Assembly: GCA_951406725.2 (NCBI GenBank)
Contig: OX597815.1
Coordinates: 17,236,001-17,300,000, forward strand
DNA: 64,000 bases
Direction: 5' to 3'
Origin: Octopus vulgaris
Taxonomy: Eukaryota
Part shown: positions 40,253 through 55,141 of the stretch, in pieces
Layout: every line of letters starts with the position of its first letter
Numbering within the stretch: the first letter of the stretch is position 1
The notes under the pieces: model-generated
Database searches by the model: none
Told to the model about the DNA's origin: nothing
Seen by the model: the letters and a program-made list of their open reading frames with translations, nothing else
Program-made: the position numbers and the translations under genes

Positions 40253-43200
40253 TTACACACATACATATACACACACGCTGCAGTAGTAGTGATACGATCA
40301 TAGTGTATTTTAAAAAATACCTTGTATCTCTTTATCTACGTTTACGACGTGTGTTTCCGCTTCGGTCTACTTTTATTTTCCAGTTAAAAGTAGGAATACC
40401 GATCCCATTCTAGATATCAATAAAATATCTTAAAAAAAAGAAAGGAAATAAATGAAAATCATTTTTGTTCACATTGTTGCATCCAACAGTAGTTGGTGAT
40501 ATGCTGGTAACTGTTTTCAAGTTGAATATTACTGCTACTGTTGCTTTATCCATGTCAGTCTGATAGAACAGATCTACGACGAAATTCATTCTAATAGTCT
40601 GTAGCCAAGTAGCCAATCCATTTTCAAACATGCAATCTGTAGATCTCATTATCCTATAATTTTTAAGACTTGGTTTCCATTTACCTCTATAGAGGATCAA
40701 AGTTATAGATAAATATACTACATTCTTTTTGATGTGATGAACTCCCCAGTAACAGAAAAATGATACCATTCCTCTTACATTTTAAGAATCAAGTGTATGC
40801 TGGAACATTTGGGGAGAAAGCCCCCATTGAGCATATATTTTCCTATCAAATATTTTATGCTCAATTCGTACCATCTAAACTGATAAAATTAATATCAGGA
40901 TTTGAGATATGGAATATCATATTCGTATCAAATCTAGAGATACAGCACAGCTTAATGCAGAGTGATATGTTTCTTTGATTAGTCATTAGTTTGCTGGAAA
41001 TAATGAAATATAAATCTGTATCACTCTTACCATTATTCCCATCATGCTCAGCCTGGCACATATACCTCCTATATTTATTCGACTTGTTTTAGAATGAGTT
41101 GACGCTTAATGATCGAGATTCGTTGTCTTTCGAAAAGCAACGAATCTAGTTATAATTGTGAATCTATCTTCATTTATTCCTTTTGTTACACACGTTTAGT
41201 TACTTTTCACATATGGTTCCATGCCCAGCTTCAGTTCAAGAATATCTGTCTCTGTAACATAAACTGATGCCTTTTTGAGTAAGAGTGCGGAATATATACG
41301 AATATGTGTGTGTGTGAATAAACATCACTTTACATATACACACAAACACGTGTGTAAATGTCAGTGTATACACAGACACACACAAGTACTACCTCTATAT
41401 ATAATTCATACTTATAGTTGTACACATATACACACTGTTATATTCAATATATTTATTGATGTATTGAATATAACTCTCGTAAAAATGCACAAATTGTTAC
41501 AAAAAAAATTTCTTTAAAAAGTGTATTTAAAAGCTATTTTTGGAGTCACTTAATTTTTGTTTTCCTGAGACTTTTTCTGCGATTAAACTGTAAATACATT
41601 GTTTTGGCTACTTTTTCCTTCTTAAATATTGATTATATTGAAATGAGAAAAGTATCGAGACATACTTTCTAGGCATGTGTTATCAGGATAATTTCTTGCC
41701 CTAGATTTATGTCTGTGATATTTCTTTTACTTTCTGCTCACGTAAACTAGTCCACGATACATAGATTAGCCTAAGAAGAACGTCAGGTGAAATTTAGAAT
41801 GCAAAATGGATAGAGGAAAGTTTTTAAATCTGATCCTTTCAACTTGAACTTTAAAGTCCAGGAACAACATTTACGAGTTAATTAATATGTGGTACAAATG
41901 ACGGTAACGTTTATGATTTATTTCTTGATCTAACTTTAGAAATGTTGATGTATCATCTGAAGCGGATTTTATGAATGCTGGCCGTATAATAGACTAAAAG
42001 AAAGACTTAGAAGATGTACTCAGAAACGTATGCTTCTTGAAGAAAAATAGTGAAACGGGGGAAATAAATCTCGGAATTTTAATTTTAAAAGTCTCAAGTA
42101 TCGTTGCACCGGAAGTGAGTGAGGTGTGTTAGCTAAGTTAAATGCGTGATAAGTTGGTTGTAGGACTGTGTTTTCTCTCGATGTTATAATTGTATAGTCA
42201 TTTTTGAATAAAAGTGAAATATATCTTGTATAGAATTGATATAATGATTTATTTTGGATTATTTACTTAAGTAAAATACTCAGACTTATCCACTTGAAAA
42301 TAAATAGTTAAATAGGGTGGACATATTGAATATAGTGATTATTAACTGTCTAATTAGGACCACTAATGGAAATAGAGGTCATCAGCATGTTGTAATCATT
42401 ATAGCAGTTTCGGAGATAGGTCAAGAAACGTTTCGATCTTAGAACCTCTTGGAGAAGCAGGGACGTTAACGAACCAAAATAATTAAGGTGAACAAAGCTA
42501 AACTTTTTAATTACTTGTGCACGAAACTTAAATGAATGGTCAGTAGGTTGAAATCAACCACGTTGCCCATGCCAGATACATGTGTTGTTTCCAAAAGTTA
42601 GTGCAGTTATTGCTTTAGAGCAACGATAGAAATATTTTCCCACATGGCATGAAATAATTCGTATATTCAAGTGTGTGTGTGTGTGCTTGGGCTTGTGCTT
42701 GTGCGTGTGAAAAGGCAGCGAAGGCTAAAATAAAGCAGCTCCCGTGTATTTTTAATGTGTTTTGCACACTAAAACATGAAAGGTACCAGCTTCGGGACCT
42801 TGTCGTAGAGAGAAATGTCTCAATAGACTTTGTGTGTAAAAACACATCAAGCTGAGCTTCACAAAATGTCAGTGTCTCGGCGTGATTACGCCTCTTCCAT
42901 GACATACTATGTCAGGAAATGACATAATGCTTAATGTAGTTTGGGTTACACTATTCCTGAAAAACTAGGAGGCTCATGGCATAAATGCTTTTGACCATAA
43001 GTCTACAAGAGTGACAACAAAGAAGAGACAAAAGCAGCAAGCGTAAGATGCTAGATTTCGTCAGAAAAAACAAGTATATCAAAATGTAATAATTTCGTCT
43101 CACTCATAAAATATCCTCATTACAATAAAAGAAATTGATAGCTTATGTTTTGGACTGAAAAAGTGTGATTTAAAACTATCTCGCGAGGTCTAGTACCCAT

Positions 43201-43996
43201 AATTTTAAATTTGCGTCAGAAAATATATTTGCTATTTAAGAACTTAACGTGTTTACCTGTCTATTTTCTGAAAGATTAGGAAATGAAGAATTCTGCCAGG
43301 CATGATATCTAAAGCAATACTGTATCGATGAAAGACTTGCAGAGGTCTTCACTCGTCTGATGGTTTAAATATAGCTCTTGAGGGAAATATGATCAAGAAG
43401 AAACAGACAACATAAAGTGGCCTTAAGCTGTCATTTTCTGCGTAGAGAAACTGAGAGAAACCAAAGATGTAACGTCAAAGTTAAGAAAATATTTATCTTT
43501 GGATAACAAAAACAAGATTCAATTATATGTTCTCGCCAAACTCCTGAGAGGAATAGATAAACGAACCACAAAGTACAATGAACATCTGGAATAATGTACT
43601 TGTCTGTCTAGGTCAGCAAGGTAAATTATTAACCATTTCATGGCCACCTAATTTTGATAGACTATTTCGGGCTGGATTTCAGCTTTTGCTGATATAATAC
43701 AAATAATAAAAAAAAACAACAAAAAAACCCAACAAAGTCTTAGTTACACAGTTTTCTTCACATCGTCAGGATTATTAAAACAAAATATTACGGTAACTGA
43801 TCGACCCGAAAGTCTCCCTTCTTGCGTCTTTTGGTGATTCCAGTTTGTAAGAAAATGTCTTTATGAATGTATTTACTTCTTAAGAGGTACAGTTGCAGAA
43901 TGAAGCATAATGATTATGTTCTACAATACTTAAATCTTTCAGAATGTATCAGTATCACGCAGTCACAACAACAGCCGAGTACTGTTGCTGCTACTG

Positions 43997-44027
<31 letters not shown>

Positions 44028-44509
44028 ACGTTCCGTTATTTGTCACGAGCGGAATATTGCACAGAATATCTACCTTCATGGTAGGTAAACCAGTCACAGA
44101 AAAAAAAAATGGTGTAAATGTGTCCTATAGACTATTGCAGAAAATGAAAATGACACGAATATCTGAAATATGCAATTACCTAGAGAAGAGGTAAGAAAGA
44201 AAGGAGCGAATATTATGAAAAAAATTGATTTATATTGCTCGCTCAAATGACAATAGAATAAGCTGGAAATTTTTACAAATATGAAAACTGAAATAACGAA
44301 TGTAGAATTCGGACGCAAACATGACTTTCATACACTGGAAATTGTAGCGGTATTAAGAACTGACACTTGAGATGAGGTGATATAAATATAAGCCGAGAAA
44401 ACGAAAATGAAAAAGTGACTGTATTCTGTGATATGCTATTTCACACGCATGGAAATCTAGGTTAATCGAAAGAGTACTTTTGTTAAGGACATTCAGGAAA
44501 TGTTTATAT

Positions 44510-44796
44510 TCTTTGTCTCTTCTCGGGCCGTGCCTGGCTCATAAGGGCCGGTTTCCCGGTTTCCTTGGCATATAGGTTCCCCACCTGGACGGGACGCCGG
44601 TCCGTCGCAGATGTGCTGCAAGATGAAAGAGTGAGAGAAAGTTGTGGCGAAAGAGTCAGCAGAAGTTCGCCATTATCTTCTGCCGGAGCTTAGGTGTTTC
44701 CGCTCATAAACACACATATCGCCCGGTCTGAGATTCGAACCCATGATCCCTCGACTGCGAGTCTGCTGCTCTAACCACTAGGCCATGTGCCTCCAC
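44510..44796 (-). mobile_element. SINE family C with TSD ACATTCAGGAAATG
   Basis: Homologue of the 9654 copy with B-box GGTTCGAATC. ACATTCAGGAAATG occurs at about 44489 and about 44796. Confidence 0.85.
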
Positions 44797-45850
44797 ATTC
44801 AGGAAATGATGTACTGCTAATAGAATTATCGATGATAATGATAATCAGAATGTAGGGACTGGCAATAGAAACGATCTCTATGACAATGGGTTCTTTGGGA
44901 ATGACTTTTTAAAAAATGCCTAGGGTTTGAAGCTCCGTCCTGTGCCCTAACAAAAAAATCTTGCTTTCGATCATTCGTGTTCGGACATCCTTCCGATACT
45001 GATCCATGAAAGTCTTGGTGTGTCATGGGCTGAATTCCTCTCCCATATCTCTGACTTTGATACTGACGTTGTCTCATCTCATCCACCGGGGCATTAATCT
45101 ATGGGTCGGCGTGTAATATCACGTGAGCACCAAATATCTTTGACCCCTCCCTTGTTTTTAGCATCAAACTAACAATGCAATTCCTGGTTCCATTTACTAT
45201 AATACTCCTGCCATAAATCGAATTTGTCCTTTTGAAATTTCTCTTTAAGGAACATGTCAAGACTCTGGGGTAGGTGGGGAAAGAGGTATATCAATCTTCT
45301 TTTAGTATTTCTCTACGATCTCCGCAACAAAGCGATCTCGCCTATTGTTCCTGGTATTTCATACACGTCCATTTACACCTGGTCTCTGTTGAGGCCGACT
45401 ATCAATTCTGTTATGCTGCTTTGTTTTGTATTTATGTGTCAATGCAGGTGTTATATACATTTGAATAAATAGCTATTCTCTTTTTCTCTCGGTCATAAAT
45501 TAGAACCTTCTGACAAGCTGATAACCATAGTGAAATTATTCGAGTTTCTTCACAAATCAACTTATCCGAATTATTGTTTGTTTTAGTGTTGTTATAAATT
45601 CAACAACTTAGATACGATCATTCGTTGAAATTTCACTCGACATCAATGACTGAAATAGAGCTTGGGAAAACTCGCCAACAAAGCAAAATTCACCGTAAGG
45701 AAAAAGAAATACCAATGAAGCTAGTATCTCCAGATCAACTAAGATCGCAAGATTACTTGGCAGAATAAGCGATGCATTTCAAGAAAGAAGTGTACTTCTG
45801 ACAGTTTCAAAGTCAAATTCCTGTCATATTCGGACTCGGGATGTTATGTA

Positions 45851-46682
45851 CGACGAGGTACCCAAAAGTAACCGGAAACGTTATCTGTAGGACAAGCTTC
45901 TTGTAGTTCACTCTTCCGCCGCTAGCAGCCACTTGATGCGACCCTCAGGCATCGGTCTGCTGACTGGTATCTTCTAGTTCAGTTGTACTGCCATGTGCAT
46001 CTCCACTGTTTGTCGATTTTTGCAATGGCTCAAACGAAGGAACAGCTTGCTTCCTTGAAATTCTGTTTTCTGCTGGGAGGAAACAGCAGCTGAAACAATT
46101 GTCCTACTTCAAACAGCTTGCAAAGACACTGCCATGAAAAAACCCCCACAAGTTTACGAGTGATTTCCATGATTTGGGAATGGTTATTTGTCGCTTGAAG
46201 ATCAACCTTGTTGAGGAGAACCGTCTACCTCAAGAATGAATGAAAACATCATGAAAATTCACAGCTTCTGTCAACGAATTTTGAGCGAGGAATTGCGAAT
46301 GAAAAGAGTTGAAGCAAAATTTGTGCGTCGCTTGCTCAATGAAGATCTTTTGATCTTCCTTGAATGTGTGTTGTGAACTGAAAGAACAAATAGTTGGAAG
46401 TTTATCCGGATCTTTTGTTCTAAGGTCATCACTGGAGACGAAAGCTGGTGCTACGAAGTTTGCAGATGTGGAAGAAGTGAAAAAAAAAAAAAACGACGGA
46501 GGCGTTAAAAGGCATCTCTTGGCAAGAGTTCCAGCACTGTTTCCAATAGTGGAAAAAACGTCTTGACCGATGCATTGCTTCAAATGCAGAATACTTTGAA
46601 GGCGGTACAAGTGTAAACGTGTAAAACTAAGTGAATAAAATATTGCAAAATTCCGGTTTCTTTGGGGACCCCTCACCCCTCG
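45851..46682 (+). mobile_element. Internally deleted mariner element
   Basis: TA-flanked ends with degenerate TIRs. Fragments include LKFCFLLG..KTAAET, AKFVRRLL and VITGDESWCY, the last joined directly to the C-terminal KFADVEEVKKK...LDRCIASNAEYFEG. Confidence 0.85.
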
Positions 46683-47262
46683 TATGCAAACAGTTATGCA
46701 AAACGCCGCTAGTCCAGCACACTACTGGCTATCCACCGTTTCTGAAATTTTCAATATAGATTTCTTATACAACTGCAGTAGACGTAGCATTTATGAGAGA
46801 GAGATGTAAATTCGACTGAATCGTTCGTTTCTTGTTGCTAGTTATTTTTTCTAGGCCGGGTTCACTTATCTTTTACTTCGATGTATTTGAAGTAATACCG
46901 ATTCCAACAGAATTTGAACTCAGAAAATAAAGGGACATAGCTGAATATAATAAAATATCTTATCCGACATTCTACCATTGCTACCACTTTGCCCCTTTAC
47001 CCTTATAAGATATGTTAAATGAAAAAAAATATGTACATGAACATAATATTTGGAATGGAGTAACAATCAGCGGTTTGACTGGCAGTTTTTTTTATCAACC
47101 CAGAAAGATATAAAACATTTCAAAGCTTGAACTCAGAATGCAGGAAAACGATAACTAAGTCCGCTGTGGCTCTTTGTATTTTGTGGTTTTATTTTCGAAC
47201 AGACTATATATATTGCAGCTCGGTTACACTGTAAAGGCACGTGAAATATTAATACTTCTCAG

Positions 47263-47647
47263 GGATCTTTTCGGTTTGAACGGCAGTTTTTTCTAGCGGT
47301 GTCATATGAAATTGTCATCCATAATTATGACCCTAGTATCGATCTATTGCATTTCAATCTGTTTTAGGGCTAGGGTTAGTTAGGGTTAGGGTTAGGGGTG
47401 GGGGGAAGGGTATCTTTTTTTCTTCACAAATGTAAATAAACCCAATCTGTTTCTTAAACGAGGGACATATTCATACGGCACAGAATGTTTTTTTTACCTC
47501 AATTGATGTCATTGATTGGTTGAATTTTCTCAATAAAGCCAAGAGAAAAAGATGTTTTATAAACATATTCTACCAGTATACGAAGTTTAAATTTTTTTAG
47601 TTACCTAGAAATTATGTTAAAAACTGCCGTTCAAACCGAAAAGATCC
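47263..47647 (+). mobile_element. Same MITE family, copy 2, 8-bp TSD CTTCTCAG
   Basis: Same TIRs, with CTTCTCAG at 47255-47262 and 47648-47655. Confidence 0.93.
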
Positions 47648-48577
47648 CTTCTCAGTTTTAATATTTCGACGGATATTTTATTGGTATGAATTTATATAAC
47701 ATCCGTTACTTTTAAACATTCTGTTTTATTTTTCCTCTGAAATTAACGAAATAAGTTGTGTTAACAAAGAAGTGTCATCGTGATCCCTTGCTGGATTGCA
47801 AATAACAGTTAAAACTCTTTCTAATGAAAGCTTGCAGTCTTAAAAGAAGTAAAACACACTGGATATTAGATGTAGTTCTCGAGACCCTGAATAAACAGAT
47901 TGGCCATGGTTGGAATGCTTTCGATCTTAGCTTTAATCAAGCTTGAACTGGATCTCAAAATAGTCAGTTTTAAGCCTCCAAAAATACCTACTTTCTATAA
48001 AAAGTAAGTTGCCTTTCAACGGAACACCTTTATAATATTCGGGGCGCATACTATCTTTCCCGCACCAGCAGTTGGTAATTAGAAAACTGTTACAGAGAAA
48101 AAAGAAAGAGTTAATTTGCGAAAGGGTAAACATAGGAATAATAATCCCAAAACAAACATTGCTACGAAACTAGAACAAATTTTCGCTCTCAGCATCCGTC
48201 TTAAGAGTCCTGTCGGCTGGCGTGTATATTTATGCGTAAGAAGTCAGTATTGACATATGTTTTTATCTAGTCTACAGTTAAATATAGCGTCGGCTGTTAT
48301 TTTGTTATCAGGCTAGACACGCGACTTATATTCTCAGACTTAAACCACAAGTCATAGTACATTTCATCTCTAGTAAATCTAATCACTTGTTTGCTTGGCT
48401 GTTTTTCTAATCCCTCCCCACATTCTGCCATGGACGAAGTTTATTATCAATACTTTCCAGCTAATAGGAAACTGCTGTCAATTATTGTCACTCCTACCTT
48501 TCCTCTCCTTTCCTTTCCCCTCTCCCGTCTGTCTCTCTCCCTCAGTATTTGTGTAGGGAAGTAGTTAAGTAGAAGGA

Positions 48578-48578
<1 letters not shown>

Positions 48579-48662
<84 letters not shown>

Positions 48663-48697
48663 ATCTATATATATATATATATCTATCTATCTATCTA

Positions 48698-48760
<63 letters not shown>

Positions 48761-48775
48761 ATATATATATATATA

Positions 48776-48865
<90 letters not shown>
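48579..48865. repeat. Compound (CT)n/(AT)n/(AG)n microsatellite
   Basis: Directly visible. Confidence 0.97.
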
Positions 48866-49798
48866 TACCGATATATACATACATAGATGCGCGTGCACAC
48901 AAAACAAACATTTCTAGTATGATCTTTATATTATGTTTATTTGTTTATTTTCGAGTTTCTTTGAGTTCTTTATGGTCTATTTGGATCTATGGATCTTTAA
49001 ATGTTCCAAACAAACTATAAATTACTCATAAGAGATTATGAAAAAGAATCAATGAGAAAAAATTCTAAACATAAGATGGCTGAATTTGTAGTCACACTGA
49101 ATCAACGTATTTATAGATGTGTTGAACATGAATTTATATTCAGTGGCCCGACTACGGTTTGTGCCGCTCAAATGGTCCTTGAATTTGATTACCATCTCCT
49201 ATGAAAATACACACACAAAAAAAGAAAAAATAGCTCACTTAGGGCGGATCTCTCCCTTTGTCTCAGCTAGAAGAGTGCTTATTTTTAATACGTTTAAACT
49301 GATCAGTTTCTATTTATACAATGAAGTAAGATGTGTTTCTTAAATGCACACACGCTAATTATTTACGACTCACCTCCAAATACGAGGGCCGGCTGGAAAG
49401 TTCATAGACTGACCAAGATTCTCTCATGTAATGTGAACAAAGAAGGTTATTTTTCAACACAGTTCTTGCATTCCACAAACCTCGGCGGGATTTGAACTCA
49501 GAGCATAAAGACAGGCGAAATACTGCTAAGCATTTCGCCCGGCGTGCTAACGATTCTGCCAGCTCGCCGCTTTAGATAACTCAAATAATGCACAACTAAA
49601 GCTTCAGAGAAGATAACAACGAAACCTCTAATTTGAAATAATTGTAAAACTTTTCTCAAATTACACCTTACTATTTTAAAAAATACATACTTGATAGGTT
49701 AACTACAGAGAAATGATTATTGAGAAACAAAGATGAAATAGTTATAGTTTGATCAAAGCTGATTTGGGGTAAAAAGTAACACTGAATTATATACGTTA

Positions 49799-50308
49799 CT
49801 AGCAGTATCGCCCGGCGTTGCTCGGGTTTGTAAGGGAAATAACTATATAAGCATTTTTAGAGAGTTATTTCCCTTATAGATGCCAATTCGGGCTTTCTTA
49901 GCCATTTCTGTTTTGGTGTCTTCAAGCCATGAAGTCGTTGTTCTAAAAGAACGCTGGTCTCCTTGACAACGCATTACGACGTTGATTTCTTTACACTCCC
50001 TTCACCACAGCTTCACGAGGGAGGGAAGGGGGAGAAGCAAACAGGTGCAGCTGTGAGCGTGGACGCCAACTCCGCCGCCATCGACACACGAAAAATTATG
50101 CATTAAAATGGAATAAAAAATGATGTTAAATTATTTTTAAAATCGTAGACTCATCGTTGACGCGGGTTAATAGCCAGACGGGCTCGATATGAATCACGAC
50201 TATAAGATACTCGAATTTGGTTAAACTGCACCGCAAAATGTGGTAGGAGTTAGGAATCTTAATCAAAGGGGACAGACACTCACACAACTAGAGTTTTATA
50301 TATATAGA
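49799..50308 (-). mobile_element. Non-autonomous Helitron
   Basis: Reverse-strand TC...hairpin...CTAG inserted between A and T. Same family as the 14236 copy. Confidence 0.88.
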
Positions 50309-52859
50309 TATGGTTTTTAATAAAGTGTTGGGTTAATATATAAAATTTCGTTTTCGTATAATGTAGCTACAACATTGCTAACCTTGTATAAACTAGCCTT
50401 CTCTGCAAGAAGAAATTTTATGTAGGATAGAAAAACTAAATGAAAGAGCTTAACTGCGAATTGAACTTGCATTGCACTCCTCCCGCTCTTACAATCTATA
50501 ATGATACAAAATCTTGCTAAGAATAACCTCACTCTCTTCATGTTCTCGACGTTTTTGACAGTAGAGAGGAAGTAAAAAGGATTTGCGATTATCATTGAAA
50601 ACATGTTTTGAAAGCAGATTTGTCCTTGTTAGGAAAGCCTGTTATTGTCTGTGGACCCTGTTTTATCCCTGTAAAAGAAGACATACATAAGGTCCTTCGT
50701 GTTGGGCTGTTCTGCTTAACGACGAGTGACACGAGAATGCAAAGTGTACTTGTTTGGAGAAAAAGAAAAAAAGTCATATCAGTATGTGCATGAGATCGTT
50801 GTGGTGTGCGTCCGTGTAGATATACGAGTGTGTCTGTCACTAAAGATAGCTATGAAATGTACGTGAATGCATTCACGCACGTACGCATATATATTTCTTA
50901 TATGCATATGCACGTACATAATCCATATATAATGAATTTATTCCAATAGTTGCAAAAACACATAAATATATGCACAGATATCCTCACAGTCTTTCCCTCA
51001 CTGCGCATGCGCACGTGCTTGTGTATACACACGCGCGTTTGTGTACGTGTAAGCGTTCCTATTTATTACTTTGGGATTAAGCCTTTTCCATAAATCAATG
51101 TCAGAAACCTGTGTGACATTAGGTCAGAATCTTAGTTCTGTAACCAGATATTGTGTTTCTTTTGTCAAACAAAAACATTTTTTTAACATCTTTCAGTTCA
51201 AAGAACTCTGTCTTTCTGCCATGTTTACAAACACAAACATGAATAGACGTTTAGGAGCTGAAGGCTGCCATCATAATATTTTTATTTCAGAATGCTTCAT
51301 ATCCACCATAATGCGCATATATCTCGAACAATGCAGCTTTCAATGCTTTTGTTTTCTCTATTTTCCCATTCTTTCTTTTAATACGTGGAAATAATAAATT
51401 TTCTTGCTCAAGGACTTGTAAGTTTATAGAATTAAGTTTCTTTCTCCCACTGCGTCTTAGATTGCTCAGAGCCGTCTCCTATTCTTGTAAATCTCTTTCC
51501 AACCTGTTCTTTTCACATCGGAACAGCTCTGCCAGCACTTTATTCTGAGTTGTAGATAAAAATAGAACTTATATACAACTTTACTGATATACGGGCTCCC
51601 TAAAAATAAATATGAGTCATCAAATGCTCCTTTTGGCTGCCATTTTACCCTGTGGCGTCTATTTTTGGTTCAGTGAAACCTGAGCGGGCTGACGTCAAAA
51701 ACTGGAACTGAGCCAATGTTTTGACGAGAGTTTATATGTACGAAACAGAGGTGAATAAGAAAGAAGATAGAAGCAGTGGTGAGGGTGAGAGAAAGAAAGA
51801 TAAGGTAAATACAGAAGTTAATATAAGTGTGGAAGCGAGTGAGGGTTTAAATTTGATTATAAATATAAGGGGAATCGGTGGTAGAGAATTCTGTTGCTCG
51901 AATGGAATACTTAACCTTTTTGCGGATATATGTATGTATATGTTCCCCATCAGTATAACCTAATGTTAGCCTCGGTAACCTTGTTTGATGAATGTAATCT
52001 GTCTTGCTATTTGCTGCCCAATTTCAAAATGACTGTGATATTGTCTGGCGGTGATAGAATTTAGCCATTAGCTTATATTTATAAGAAGAAATTATTTTAT
52101 AGATCGATGGTGTTGAAATACATTGTGACCGATCTTCATCATCTTAATAAATCAAATTGCATTTAACACTGGATGACACATGATAATACATATCTCAGCG
52201 TTGGAGAATTATTGTTGTCGGACGAATGTTTTTGAGGTTGTCAGCAAATTTTGTCGGTAAATTAGATCACTCAAGACAATCAGAGGACCTCTGTATGGAT
52301 GCACAACAAGCTAGGAATAACAGATAGACTTCCCTCGATACGCACCTTACCGCCATAGAAAGGGTAAGTTTAATTGTGTAATGTAGTTCTGGATAGACTG
52401 TTTAAAATAAAAGACGGGATTGTGGCGGCCATAATATTTGAATTTTTTTTTGTGGCTGTTCAGTCGGGGTTGAACTGGCGCCAAATCACAGTAAAAATAT
52501 GTCTAGTTTGAAAAGGGCTCAGGTGAAAAAGAAATAAGACATGTTAATCACTTCTAATATCGTTAACAATGCAAGTAAGGTGAGATGGTTTCATCTGTGA
52601 ATAGAAACCAGATGTGCGACCTCTAACAGTGGACGTGATCAAATAAGTACTTGTGATATAAATGTTGATCTCAAGTATCTGCCATAGCTTACATACCATG
52701 TTCGTTTTGATGTTTTCAGAAAGTACATCATGAAACTGTACAGTTATTTTTATTCAGAAGGAGATTAATATATATATTATTAGATAGGAATGTGGTATTT
52801 TCGAACCCAAATACTACGTTGTCGGCGATATAAACATGCAAAGCAACAATTATTTTTGC

Positions 52860-53215
52860 TTCACAACCTCATGGTTCCGGGTTCAGTCCCACTGCATGGC
52901 AACCTTTGCAAGTTTCTTTTACTATAGCCTCAGGCCGACGAAGCCTTGTGGGTAAATTTCGTAGACGGAAACTGAACGAAGCCTGTCGTATATATATATA
53001 TGTGTGTGTTTGTGTATGTCCCCCATCACCATTTAACAACCGGTGTTGGTGTGTTTACGTCCCCGTAACATAGCGGTTCGGCAAAATAGACCGATAGAAT
53101 AAGTACTAGGCTTAAAAAGAAGCTCTGGTGCTGATTTGTTTGACTAGATCCCTTGAAGACGGTGCTCCAGTATGGTCGCAGTCTAATGACTGAAACATGT
53201 AAAAGAATAAAAGAC
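52860..53215 (+). mobile_element. SINE family D
   Basis: Homologous to the 35046 copy. Confidence 0.85.
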
Positions 53216-53499
53216 AGGCGTTTGCTCTTAGTATTTAACTGGTACATTATTTTATCGGCTGGATTCGAACTCAGCATGCATTTCTTCGAAACAAGTACTG
53301 CAAGGTATTTCAACTCGCGCTCTAATAATTCTGCAAATCCGCATTCTTAATGAATATATTAATTTCTTTTATTAGTCATAACGCCCCAGGATGTTGGAAA
53401 CAGAACAAAGGAAAATGCATAGGAAAACAACAAACAAATAGAGTAAAATGATGTGATCAGTAGTAACAGACATGTTAGTAATATACAAACAAGAATCAA

Positions 53500-54058
53500 G
53501 GCGGCGAGCTGGCAGAATCGTTAGCAGGCCGGGCGAAATGCTTAGCGGTATTTCGTCTGTCGTTACGTTCTGAGTTCAAATCCCGCGTGGTCGACTTTGC
53601 CTTTCATCCTTTTGGGGTCGATTAAATAAGTACCAGTTACGCACTGGGGTCGATATAATCGACTTAATTCGTTTGTCTATCATTGTTTGTCCTATCTGTG
53701 TTTAGCCCCTTGTGGGTAGTAAAGAAACAGGTATTTCGCCTGCCGTTACGTTCTGATTTCAAATTCTGTCGAGGTCGTCTTTGCCTTTCATCCTTTCGGG
53801 GTCGATAAATTAAGTATGCACTGGGGTCGATATAATCGACTTAATCCGTTTGTCTGTCGTTGTTTGTCCTCTCTGTGTTTAGCCCCTTGTGGGTAGTAAA
53901 GAAACAGGTATTTCGCCTGCCGTTACGTTGTGAGTTCAAATTCCACCGAGGTCGACTTTGCCTTTCATCTTAAATTAAATACCAGTTGCGTACTAGGGTC
54001 GATCTACTCGACTTTCCCCCTCCCTCAACATTTCGGTCCTAGAGTAGAAAAGAATATA
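53500..54058 (+). mobile_element. SINE family A array
   Basis: Head, two standard units and a last unit with an alternative tail. Confidence 0.88.
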
Positions 54059-54748
54059 CGAACAAGAATCAACCCTCAATGTGCAAAAAAATCATATGTG
54101 ATTCAGGATACACCACACATAACCTCTGATTGTGTCTTCTATTACAACTGGTGACCAGTCTAAAACTGATCTGTTAGAGCAGGTTAGCTTATTAACACTG
54201 ATTTCACCACACTTAGCAACCATTCATATTCTTTACTGGAAGCACCCTCCTCTCTTCTCTTATCTTCCTCGCCAAAGGGTTTGGCTTTGTCGTCAAGTAC
54301 ATCACCTGCATCCACCGTTCAAATTCCTTCGCCACGCCATAGGCAGTAGACAGAGAAAGACTACTTGCCCTTCTTACTGACAGCCAGATCTGTCCCACAC
54401 ATAACAACTGTTAAACATAAACTCACTAATCAATAAGGTAACGAAACTGAAAGAGAAGATGCCGGACAATTTAGTCACACCACACACTGCGGACAATTTA
54501 GACTGTAATTTATTGCAACATGCAAATCTTAGCCCATTTAGCACTGCACGCTCAAAGACATGAGAAAAATTGCCTATAATCACCGCAGAATCCTTCTCAG
54601 ACTGTTCACCGGCGACCTGAATCGCATCCAGTTCCTCATCGTTCACGCTCTCCACTATTCCTTATAATAAGAGGCAGATTTTTTTCTCTCCTACCGGCCA
54701 CATAGTTCAACATGGAAACATTGCAGACGACAAAGAACCCCTATAATG

Positions 54749-54791
<43 letters not shown>

Positions 54792-55052
54792 TAAAAAAGG
54801 TACTGAAACCTATTTGAAAATGATACCAGGCTTACCTGCAAAAAATCGTATTAACTGGAACGGCTCGTGTACTGTGAAAACAACATCCATCCATGAATTT
54901 ATTTATTTATTAATTCTTAAATACATATTTTACCTGTGAATTTGCGCGTGTAGTCTAGGAATGCATACAATGAGCTTCTCTGCCCTAGGTGTACAGAAAA
55001 CACTCGGCGAGAAACGGAAGAAAATTTGAAGAACGAAAATAATAATAATAAT

Positions 55053-55141
<89 letters not shown>

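Noticed and set aside
44826-45250. 86-aa ORF as a host gene
   Set aside because: No recognisable domain. It may be a very old RTE C-terminal remnant but is too decayed to call.
54374-54655. 93-aa minus-strand ORF as a host exon
   Set aside because: No recognisable domain, a non-ATG start and no convincing splice context.
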